A stretch of DNA of 63,441 bases, the filler included, from Sphacelaria rigidula (Eukaryota), in NCBI GenBank assembly GCA_964200075.2. It is 9 parts of 9 records of this genome, joined end to end, with 100 filler letters (N's around TTAATTAATTAA, not from the genome) between each part and the next. Parts side by side here need not be neighbours in the genome. Positions count along the whole stretch, not along the records: positions 42,362 to 49,321 come from CAXNAA020017199.1; positions 49,422 to 56,381 come from CAXNAA020017200.1; positions 56,482 to 63,441 come from CAXNAA020017201.1; 6 more parts are not named here. One strand, 5' to 3'. Positions 49,201 to 60,596 of this stretch are shown here, one piece after another (position 1 is the first letter of the stretch; each line of letters opens with the position of its first letter). Under the pieces are notes generated by a model. The model saw only the letters and a program-made list of their open reading frames with translations, did no database searches and had not been told where the DNA came from. A program made the translations under genes and the position numbers.

Positions 49201-51147
49201 TAATAGGGCAAGCACTCGAGTCATTGCTCGCTGTGGGAAAAAATAATAGGGCGAGCACTCGAGTCATCGCTCGTTGTGGAAAAAATAACTAGGGCGAGCA
49301 CTCGACTCATTGCTCGTCGGGNNNNNNNNNNNNNNNNNNNNNNNNNNNNNNNNNNNNNNNNNNNNTTAATTAATTAANNNNNNNNNNNNNNNNNNNNNNN
49401 NNNNNNNNNNNNNNNNNNNNNTCATCGCCAACCACCGCCAACCCCATCGAGGGTCCGTCCCTACAAAGCCGGGACGGAGCACGGGGGGGGTGTACCCGTG
49501 ATCATGCATGCCATAGTCATAGGACCAGTGACCTCGCATCCCTACAAAGCCTCAACGGGAAATGGTCGAAGTACGTGCTGGAGAAACTTGAAACCGTTAC
49601 AATCATGCCCATCGTATTTTTCAGTGTCAAATATTCACGACAGGGATGGTACTCAATGCACGACCCCCGTGCAGTTACTTGCAGGTTGCCCTCGACGCTA
49701 GCCATAGCCAGCACAACGATACAGCACTCATCCAATGCACTGTTCTTCAGTGTGTTGCTCTCAGTAGAAACTGTTTCTAAAAACGCAATTACTCAAAGGC
49801 ACGATACTGCTCATGGCAGTATTCCCCGTGCAAATAAGTGTTTTCCAACCACCGCTCTTGAAACTCTGTTCCAACAACTGCTCTTCTTAGAAACCACTGC
49901 TGTGGCGAAATCTCGCAATACAGTGCATGGACTTTTTTTCTCTATGCACCATCCCCTGCTGTACAGGCTGATCCAGCCTCGAAACGGGTCCAAGCTCTAG
50001 AAGCAATATCTCGTCGACACAGACGTGTTGGGCCGTGATCCGCATATCGTATTTATCGTCTTCTCGAGGGGAAGGTGCCCATTTGATCCAAAGGCTGGGC
50101 TATTTTTTTCCCCTTGATGAAACCGCACGTCAAGTTATTCCTATACCGTACGGAGATCGGGTTCACTTTTTTCTTTTTCTCACACTTCGAACCCCTCCCC
50201 TTCCTCGGGATGAGTCCGTGGTCTCAAGGGATCGACAGATCTCTCCCCCGGTACACGTCTTGCATTTTGTTCTCGCGGATTGGATAATGACTATCAGCAC
50301 TCCCGCACCACGTCAACTCGCCTTACACAAACCCAGTCGACTACTTCGTTTACTCACGTTCTCACGCTTTCCACGGTGGAATCATACATGACGAAGAAAA
50401 TGCTCAACGCATCGGGAATCGAGTCCCCGTTCTCTCCACCCTAATGGCGACAGTCGGACCACCACACTAAAATCTATATATAATCCCGAACGATGTATAC
50501 AGCGGATAATGACGTTTTTTTTATGTGGATATTCCCTGGAGCACGGGGAAACGATAGATACCCTCACCTTTGCCTATATCGAGATATGGCGCACATAAGG
50601 TTCCATACTAAAAACAATGCATTGCGAGCAGAGGCACTAAGTTCACTAAGTCTGGATATCGCGTCTCAGGTTTTCAGATTTGTGCTTTCAAAGTTTCGTG
50701 AGGAGAATCGCGAGTGCTCGATAAAACTTCGTAACAAGCTTTCTTCATTATTGTTTCATTTTTTTTTCATTTTTTCCGGTTTTTTTTTTTTCGTTTTTTC
50801 GTGGGAGTGGACATTTTTTTTGAATCTTTTCTCATTTTTTTTGCTTTTTTTTTTTATTTTTTTTTGGAACGTAGCATGGAGAATCGCAAGGGCATGTTGA
50901 ACTTTGAAAAAATTGGGCCTTCATATTTTCTGCGAGGGGTATGGGTGTTTTCGTGAAAATGTGGTCTTACTATACTAAAACGTCCTAAACAAGTGAAGGA
51001 AAAAAAAACAACTTCTCCCACTTTTTTTGGTTCATCATGGCCTAGCGAGGCTCCCCACAAGATTGCATAACACAAGTACCAAGCGTGGGCCGGTAAATGG
51101 CCTGGAAAATAATGTTCCGAATTTTGCCCAGCCTGGCTTCTTAATCG

Positions 51148-51408
51148 CTCCGCTTCACCTCAATTTTGAGAGTTGAACTTTCAAATTTGGTACGGAAAAT
51201 GAATGGGACATAACGAAAGAATTTTCTACGGGACACTCCTAGAAAGTTTTTTTTCGTGAGTTTACGGTATTTTCCTGAAAACTGGATACTGATTATCAAC
51301 CTCATGAAAAAAGAAAGAAGTGTCCCACGTGATGTTTTCTTATTATGCCCTAGTCATTCTCCGCACCAAATAAAAAAGCTCCACTCTCAAAATTGAGGTG
51401 AGGCGGAG
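51148..51408. mobile_element. 260-bp foldback MITE
   Basis: CTCCGCTTCACCTCAATTTTGAGAGT / ACTCTCAAAATTGAGGTGAGGCGGAG. Confidence 0.8.
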
Positions 51409-52863
51409 TCTGCAAACCACAAATTTTCGTCTATGCTGGTCCAGTTCGTACCTCTTCGCTACTCCCTCCTCCGCGTTCTCCTTCGCAAACACCCCACAGG
51501 CCGTCTTGGGTCGAGGGGGCATGAGAGCCAGCTGAGGACTGGATGCACTCTTCACAGGGGACTGACGTAGGATTATAGCTGCCTGATTCTTTTTGTTGCT
51601 GTTGCTGTCGCCGCTGCTGTTGTTGTTGCTGTTGCTGTTGTTGTTGCTGTTGCTGTTGCTTCCGCGTGGCGCAAGTGCAGCGGGCTGGAACAGCTTTCCT
51701 TTGGCCGCAGTTTCTTCTGCCGCAGCATAAGGAACAAACAGACGCACGAGAGCTCATGCGGGAGGGCAGGGTATAGGGAGGCCGACGAAGTTCGTGCAAA
51801 GATAGAGCACCTGCGGCTGCCGCCTGATTGCTCACGAGCTCAGCCGAAGCGGTGAGTTTCATCAACAGCTGATCGCGAGCACTACCGGATCCACAGCAGG
51901 ACGTTGATTGGATGAGATTTCGTGTCGGAGGTTGGTAGTGATCTAACGTCTCAATAGAAATGCCCTTGTCCTACACTCACCGATGCTATCCGTTGACAAG
52001 CCATAAACGCTACAGTTCGCGTGTTACCATAGTCGAACAGCAAAGCACGGCGTAATCGCACCATGCCCACCATTTGGACATGCACATACTAAGGTGTTAG
52101 AATAAGAGTGGATGACCTAAGAGCCAACGCCCACCTTTTTCTCTCAACCATGGCAAGATTACGCCGCAGGCATACTCGCTAGAACCTTGAGTTTTTCATC
52201 ACTCCTGCCAACCGCTCGTGTAGGATCACGTCAAAACCCAATATTTTCTCTTTCACCTGGGACCCCCAAATTTCGGTATTCGGAATTTAAATTTGTACAG
52301 CGTGTAGCAGTTGTCAAAAGCTACCAGCAGATAAAAAAATGGAAACATATCTCGAAGAAACGGTGTGGATGCGAAGATTGTAACTCTCCGGGTTTTCATC
52401 GTCAATGAAAAGCTCCATCCTCAAAATGGATGACCGGCTGTTCAAGGGCTGGAACATGAGATACGTCACACAGAACCAAGCACCTGCAGAACTAAGGAAC
52501 GACAATTGAACGCGATCACGTGCGATACCATACGTGGACCGGGATGCAGCAGCGCCCAATCACATTCGTTTCCTCATCGGTACCCAAGACACGGAAATAC
52601 GTAACTCAGTCGATATATGTATGGCACCGCAAACCACCCGAGAAACTTCAGCCAACACGCCACAAAGGCAACCGTCCACCGATGATGGACGGCAATCCGC
52701 GGAACGAAGACACGAAAATGTCGACGTAGAACTGATGAAGTTTGCAGATATGGGATCGCGACGTTTTGCTGTGACGGAGCAATTACCGTCGAGGTGAGAG
52801 AGTGACGATACCAACGCTCCGGGAAAAACATGATGGTATGGGTAAAACTTTGAGTGTCTCTGA

Positions 52864-53247
52864 GGCCGCTCCTTATAATAGAGGAAAATAAAAATCTGGA
52901 AAAGTCTCGTTTTGGAGCTTTCACGTCGTTATACGCCCCGAAAGAGAGCTAGGCGGAATTCGACACCTTGGAATGACTTACTCTTCTAGTTGAGGCGGTT
53001 CAAGGACATATTCCCGTTTTCCGGTGGCCACAGTTTCCATTTTGGCCAAACCAGAATTTTTGTCTAGGAACGGTAAAAAGCAGTCAAGCCCAGAACAAAA
53101 TGATGCCCTGGAACCGCCTCAACTAGTAGAGCAAGTCATTTCAAGGTGTCAACTCCGCCTAGCTCTCTTTTGGGGCGTACAACGACGTAAAAGCTCCCAA
53201 AATATACTTCTCCAGATTATATTTCCTGTCCATTATAAGAAGCGGCC
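52864..53247. mobile_element. Long-TIR MITE, PIF/Harbinger-like (related: 35151-35201 truncated; diverged arms at 15355-15430 and 16260-16335)
   Basis: GGCCGCTCCTTATAAT / ATTATAAGAAGCGGCC with ~140-bp arms. Left flanks are TGA and TAA. Confidence 0.75.
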
Positions 53248-53357
53248 CAAAATGTCCCCCGCTAAACACGCCCGTCTTCTGTCTGCCCAGCAGACGGTGT
53301 TGCGAAGAAACTGAACCGAAACCAGCAGAACGAACGCCCCGAAGATCTAACCCAAAA

Positions 53358-53395
<38 letters not shown>

Positions 53396-53542
53396 CGCAC
53401 TTTAACTGACCCCCCAGGAGTCATGATCCAACCATGGTCACATGATAGACGTACCCAAGAAAAACAAGACTGGAACACTCGCTCAAGAATAAGAAGGAAC
53501 AGGAAAAAGTCAAACAGAACGACATGGTAGACTAAGGCTTGA

Positions 53543-53636
<94 letters not shown>

Positions 53637-53827
53637 AATAAATGAAGTCAACAAAAGCACAACACGAGAGCAAAAATTAAGAACAGAAAAAAAAAGGAGA
53701 AGAAGAATAGGAACTCGGGGGGAAATCTTCCGTGAAGTCGAGTGCAAGGGAGTCGCGCCGACGATCGGAAAAGCTAATGCAAAGCGGACGTAGTCGTGCA
53801 CGAGCACCCCGGAGATGGACAGGAAAA

Positions 53828-54271
53828 AACAGCCGTTCATCGAAATTGAGGATGGAGATTTTCATTGAGGGTAAATGAGAAGCCGCAGAACTGAAAGCTC
53901 CGTATCCACACCAAATCTTTGAACTATGGTTCTATTCCTTCACCTACTGGTAGCTATTGACAACTACTACACGTCACGCTTACTTAGATTTCGATAACCG
54001 AAAAGTCGGGTTTCTAGGCGAAAAAACAGTTTGGGGAATTCCGGCGATCCGGGTCGGATCACCTAAATTCCGCGAAATTAATTCTTCAACGAGGACCCCT
54101 TTCGGTTGTCGAAATCCAAATTTGTAGGGCGTGTAGCAGTTGTCAATAGCTACAAGTAGGTGAAGGAATGGAACCATATTTCGAAGATTTGTAGTGGATA
54201 CAAATGTTTAATTTTCTGGGTTCTCGTCCTCGACAAAAAGCTCCATCCTCAAATTCGATGATCGGCTGCTC
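53828..54271. mobile_element. Foldback element with ~180-bp arms (single arm also at 52260-52445)
   Basis: CAGCCG..ATCGAAATTGAGGATGGAG / CTCCATCCTCAAATTCGATGATCGGCTG. Confidence 0.75.
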
Positions 54272-56481
54272 AAGTAGGGAATCAAAGGGGAAGGGCATGC
54301 AGGAAGGCAACCGCCTCACAGAGGGGAAGCAACCGGGAGCAACACGTCACAACAAGGAAAGCGCTCACTCTCCAACGGGGGGGGGTCTCCTCGAGAAGGA
54401 GCAAGAAACAACGAAAGCGAACGCCAGCTGCGGTAGAGACTGGATTGCAGATCGAACGAAAAGGCAAGAGCAACCCACAGAACGCGCATAGGAAGCAAGG
54501 GTGTGCTAGAGGAGAGGATGGAAGATGGAGGGGGTGGGAAAAAAACCTGAGGGAGTAATTGAAGTAGTAACCAGATGGGGATTATTTGGGGCCAAAGGAG
54601 GGAAATGGTCGGCGCACAGATCTAGGTACGAAATTAATCGCGGAATCGTATGGGGAAAGGACATGCGACGATATAAATTATCTCGAGTATATCAACGAGT
54701 GTTTGTCCTAACTTCAACAAGGCGAAAAAAGACGAAGCGACAGTGATCCCGTCCGGCAAGCGCCTGGAAATCCAACATAGCACAAGCACCATTATTCCGG
54801 TCACGTTTGTTAACGCGGAATATCTCCCGGGAATACAGTTTTTTTTAAGGTGTGGCAGCATCAGATCCCATGTGTAACTTCAATGCACGGTGCATTTCAG
54901 GAAGATTAACACAACATCTGACGAACCACTGACGGAAGTTAAGTATGTCATACCGTGTCTACAGATGCGACGAAATCCGTCAGTACAACTTCGATTGCGG
55001 TAAACCGTACCTACTAGTATTCCGGTAAAACTCCAGTACCGAAATTGTTAGGCAGCCTACAAATGTCGACTGCTACCCGACTTCACAGAGGATATCGCTT
55101 ACATGATGCGTATTCCCCAAGTGGCATATCTAAGGACTTGTCTCCTGCGGTGATTAACCTGGGGCTGAACTCCCAGGACCCTGAATATTCAGTAGGTCTA
55201 ACTGACGAAGATACGACTACCGGAACACACACCCCTGCACGCTTGATCCCGCTCGGCATTGTGATGCCAGAGACTAACAAGTGGCGAGGCGGATAAAAAT
55301 CCTAGTGTACCTATCATTACACAGTACAAGTACAAAAAGAGGACATGCGGAGTTAGCACGAACATCAAGTGTTGGAGACGTATATATCCCTTCAACCACA
55401 CATGCACGGTAGCTGAATCAACCATGTGCACTGCGAAGGCGACACAATACCTAGACCAACCATCTTGACTTCGTCAACCTATTGGGTCATAGAAGTACTA
55501 CTATCCTGAGTGCCCTGTTCTGTACCTTTTACGGCTGGGGCGGCGGAGGTGGCGGCGTTTGCGGCTGCAGAAACCGCGGCGACCGCAGCTGCGGGCTCGG
55601 CAGCCCTGACAGCTGCTGCGAAGCTGAGCACAAACGCGGGATAGTTCACGTACGATCCCCCCTGCGCCGAGCACCCATGACGAGTTAAGAGCCTGTTCCC
55701 AAAAATTACAAAATCGAAGAAAACCAAAAATGGAAAAATCTTCAAAACTTCCAGATTTCGCATGAAACTGTTGAGTGGTAGTGGCAGAAAAATTGGGATA
55801 TACTTTTAGGCTGTGCTGGATCGTATCGTAGACCCCCCTGACCCCTTTGGAGACCTTGGAAATCGTTGACAATGTCACGGGCAGCGTTTGAAAAATTTGA
55901 AAGTACAACCACCCGATGAGACCCTTCCTGTCGGTGAGTATTTGCATTCGTGTGCTGGTATCTTGTAATGCATGTGAGGATACCACACAGAATCTGACTA
56001 TACGAAGTATAAGCACTTGTCTGCGGTACAGGGGCATGCAGCGAGGTGCGGTGCAGCGTAGGTAGCGTAGGCAGCGCGTGTAAGCCAAACGCACAGGCAG
56101 CTCCGTTCACGTGTAACAAAATCCAATTTTCTTATTTCATCACACCAATCACCCTTTTTTATATTCCCTTACCCCCCCGAGAGGACTCATTGGTCTCAGA
56201 GGGAAGGATCAACCCATCTAGGGAAGAGGGAGGTCAAGACACATAATCTGAATGTATATCTGACTGTATATATTATATACGTGCGTTTTAATCTGGGTCT
56301 ATTTTGTTTGTTTTTGTTTTTTGCTAGCCTGTGACCACTGAAGGCGTCCGCATCAGATGCCTGTACGAATGTACCGCGCAGNNNNNNNNNNNNNNNNNNN
56401 NNNNNNNNNNNNNNNNNNNNNNNNNTTAATTAATTAANNNNNNNNNNNNNNNNNNNNNNNNNNNNNNNNNNNNNNNNNNNN

Positions 56482-57085
56482 GGGTTCCCTCGGAACTGCC
56501 AGACAACGGGTCTTCTTCTGCACCTCTATGATTTTTTGCTCCCCTTAAGTCACTGGTTATCGAGTTTGCACGCTTTGCGCTCGTCAACATGGACATGCCG
56601 TTGTCCAGGGTTCCCTCGGACCTGCCGAACGCCAGGTCTTCTTCTGCACTGGGTGTGATTCGAATTTCACGGGGAGCATGAGTTCTGTTAATGTCTGATC
56701 TATCGACGTTCAGGGTTACCTGTGCGTAACTGCCGACCGCCGGATCTTAATCTGAGCGATGATGGTTGGTTCGAACTCGTGCATGCTTTGCGCTCGTCAA
56801 CATGGACGTGCCGTTGTCCAGGGTTCCCTCGGAACTGCCAGACAACGGGTCTTCTTCTGCACCTCTATGATCTTTTGCTCCCCTTAAGTCACTGGTTATC
56901 GAGTTTGCACGCTTTGCGCTCGTCAACATGGACGTGCCGTTGTTCAGGGTTCCCTCGGAACTGCCGAACGCCGGGTCTTCTTCTGCACTGGGTGTGATTC
57001 GAATTTCACGGGGAGCATGAGTTCTGTTAATGTCTGATCTATCGACGTTCAGGGTTACCTGTGCGTAACTGCCGACCGCCGGATC
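56482..57085. repeat. 339-bp tandem duplication with ~127-bp subrepeat
   Basis: GGGTTCCCTCGGAACTGCCAGACAACGG occurs at 56482 and 56821. Confidence 0.85.
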
Positions 57086-57649
57086 TGCTTCTACACGTGC
57101 CCTGTCTGTGGGGATGTGCGAAGTGGTGTTGACGTGGTGTCTGCGTGTACTACTGTTGTTTTCGTTAGTCATGGACGGGCGGGTTACCTGATCTTGTTGC
57201 TGACTTACCTGTGCGCGTTCGTGCTTTCCGTTGTACCTTAATGTCGACCGGTTATAGTGATCGTGCGGGCCGTTGATCGTGTGATTGTTGTTTTTCGTGT
57301 CATTGCGCGGGGCGGTGGTCTCATCGAGCATTTCATGTGTGTGAGCTCTACCGTCCAATCTAGTGTACCCTGCCGGCCTTTGCTTGTTACAGTACGTCTT
57401 GGTGGGGTTGGTCATGGAATTGTTTTTCGGTTGTGGGAAATGCGGAATGGAACTACGCGGTCTACCGCTGTGACGTGCATATGGGTTGTTACGTGCGTTG
57501 GTACTTCTGTTCTCACCGTGAAAGAAGCTTGCCGCCACCGACCCCGGTTGGGGGGCCTGGGCGATACCCACCGACCTCGCTGAGCCTGTGACCGGTGCTC
57601 CTCCTCCCCCCAGACTGGTAGGCCCCGCCGACTGGCGGAGCCCGCACCC

Positions 57650-59660
57650 TCAGGTGCCCCGCCCAGCTCCGCCATTCCCGCCGAAGCTGTGGGGAAAACG
57701 CACCACTGTACTCGCTGCGGTCGCCGGTGCTGCTGGCACTGGTGGCTTTGCCGATGCCGTCGCCGGGGCTGTTGGAGGTATCGGTAACGCCGCTGGCGGC
57801 TGGAGGGGAGGGCCTCCGACGACCTCATGTGTCCTAGTGTGGTCCGGGAGGCGGCAGCCGCGCCCCCGTGGGCATGTGAGCCCCTGCCAAGCTCGTAAGC
57901 AGACGCCCGCCGGCGGGGCCCAGGACGCCAGTTCCATATTGAAATCGGTGTTTGGTGGCGTAAGGTGTTGCCACTGGGGCGGGTACGGCGGGGGTCGGGG
58001 AGCGACACGTTTGACCGCGTTGCTCGTACCCCCGTCGGGGAGTGCCTTTTGCTTGACGGCTGTCTTGGGGGCGGGCTGCGCGGGTGAGCCTGCTACCGCG
58101 AGCCCGGGGTTTTGGCGACCGATGAGGCTGCTGGGGTGGCCGTCGGCGGTTAGCGTTTTTACACGGGTGAACGATGGCACCGGCGCCGCGGGGCCCTGCC
58201 CATTGGCAGGTGGGGCGGCGGGAGACTCCATGCGTAGGTTCAATCCCGCGTCCCTGCATTCTGTGAGCCACCCGTTGATGTCGTGGTTAAAGTCAGTGAT
58301 TATGCGGGTTTTGACGGCCGCCTCGTCTCTGTGTAGAGCGGCGTAATTTTTCCCCGTATACGCGTCCAGCGCCGACGCCATCCTCGTGAGTTCTCCTGTA
58401 ATGAAGGCTCGCCTATCCCGCCCGCCGTCGTTGTCGGTGGTGCCGATGATGGTGAGCGCCTTGGTGGATGTTGTGACATGGACCTCAGCGCGAAAGTAGT
58501 TTTTTTATGCCAGGCGACACCGGGGACTGGAAGTTGGTCACGTCTACGTCGGTCAACGTCTGGAGATTGCTCAGCATGCCCCGGTTGGTGTCGGCCACAT
58601 CGCGGAGTTTCAGTTTCAAGTTTGCGTCAGACATGGGAATGGTAATGGAGACCCCGCCCCTGAGGATGTGGAAGAGTGCCTTGTTTTCATCCGAGAGCCA
58701 GCTGTTGATATCCCGCTTCTCCTGCATTTCTTCGGCCTTCTTCGTACTGGCGGGGGCGGCGTTGGCCACTCCCATTGCATGCATGAGTTGTTGGATCTGA
58801 CCGCCTCCCCGCTGAGAAGTTGAAGGAGTTGGTGGATCGGGGATTGCGGCTGTGCTTGGTGGTATTGGTGTGGTTGCTGTTGACGGAGTTGTCGTACATG
58901 GTGCTGGTCCGGCTGCGGTTGCTGTTGTTGCTGCGGCGGCTGCGGTTGTCGGTGTTGGCGCTGCGGTTGTTGGTGCTGCTCGTGCTGCTGAGGTTGATGC
59001 TGTTGCTGCTGCTGTTGCGGTTGATGATGATGATGTGGCTGCGACTGTTGGAGTTGGTGATGCGGTAGTGGCCCTCCGATGGGTGGTGGCAGTGGGGCGC
59101 TGGGTGCAAGCGGGGAGGCCCCGTTTACTCTTCCCCCCGCCATGTGCTGTTGCTGTGCGGCGCCCGCCGGCTGCCGGCCGACCCCGCCTTGGACGGCCCC
59201 GCCTTGCTGTTGTGGTTGTCCGTACTGGAGAAGATGTACCTGCTGTTGAAGGTTCGAGATTGCCTGGCTCTGTTGCTGCTGTCGGTGAAGGCTTTGCTGG
59301 TGTTGCTGTTCCATGTTGATGTTCGTTTTCGCCTGTGCCTGCAGGATTTGAGCTAGAATGTCTGATGGCTCGCTTGGGCTTGGTGGGGGTCCGAGTGGCG
59401 GTGGGGGGTGCAGGTGCGTCAGTGTTCAACTGGCCTGCACTACCTTGCGGGCGGGCATGCTGGTTGACGGAGATCGGGTTGCTGTGCGTGGTCGGCTTCT
59501 AGTGCCGATACTCGGCGCGGTTCCCTTTCTGCGGCCCTTCCCTCTTTTGCTCCTGCCGTTGCTCGAGCTCGTGATGTGCTGTAGGGGTGTTGGCCTTGGC
59601 TTTGCGAAGCTGCTCCTCCCGCTGCTGCTGCTGCTCCCGATGTTGATGTGTTGTCCATTT
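57650..59660 (-). pseudogene. Frameshifted gag/ORF1-like protein with CCCH zinc finger (possible DIRS/Ngaro-type retroelement)
   Basis: ORFs 58485-59429 and 57650-58381 join via a one-base slip in an A-run near 58500. Motif CLRAWQGLTCPRGRGCRLPDH. No introns seen. Confidence 0.5.
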
Positions 59661-60006
59661 TAAAATCGATCAAGTGCCAGGGACTACTGTACTACTGAGA
59701 CTGCTGGAGTATCGCTGACTGGTCAACTGGTCTCGAGTGATACTGTCTGCTTCTTTGGTGCTCTTGCACCAGATCAGTCTCGCCCGCTTGAACCAACTCT
59801 GCGGCGTTTGCGCCTTGGGCACGCGATCCCTTATATCTTATTTCAACTTCGGCATACACCAGAGTACATCCCTTATAATTCGTCATCCGCCAACACAAAC
59901 CTCGTATTTATACTGAATACACACAACAGTAACCCTGCAGCAAAGAGCACGAGTTGGGTGCAGGGATATAGATACACACTGCAGTAGTTGGGTATGATGC
60001 ATGTCT

Positions 60007-60277
60007 TGTTGGTGGAACTTTTATTCCTTGGCTCAGGCACAGGGTAATGGTTTGAGATCTCTTATTGAAGAGCACCCAAGTTCTACTATAACTTGGGAGA
60101 GTGCTGATGAGATGGAGGTAGATGATTGAGAATGATCAAGGGGGGGGCGGACTGCTCCGCTGCTCTCAATTGTACTGTACCACATTTGCACACACTTGAC
60201 TGTCGGTACTCGTACGTCACCCCGACCCCCGGTTCTACGTAGATCCAGCATTACTGGGTGTCTGAATCACTCGAACA
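60007..60277 (-). mobile_element. 3' LTR of the copia element
   Basis: Minus strand: PPT AGGGGGAG, then TGTTCGA...AATAAA...CCAACA (271 bp). Confidence 0.8.
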
Positions 60278-60596
60278 CTCCCCCTGATCGGATACCTCGG
60301 CACTCAGAGCTCAAAAAACAAAAATGAAGGAAGAAACTCGGCCTTTCGAGAAAACCCCCCCCATCACACAAACTCCACCGCTTGTGCTCAAAACAAACGG
60401 CCATTTTCGCAGACGCCCAGGCCAGGTCACCTGTACTGAACAACGGGAAACGCCCTACAAACCCATGCCCCACAAAGTAGCGTGACCGGCTTCACCCGGT
60501 GTAAGCGCAGATGCATTACGGAAACCATGACCTGAAACATCTAGAGCTGACAAATCGAAAGACACACACAAAACAAAATATGTGTCTACTCGCTGT

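Noticed and set aside
49160..49321. Four 43-bp repeats resembling a CRISPR array
   Set aside because: The units are head-to-tail with no unique spacers, there are no cas genes, and the context is LTR-like and eukaryotic.
51343..51890. Possible host exon with Asn/Gln repeat
   Set aside because: Frameshifted, with no convincing splice sites or domain match.
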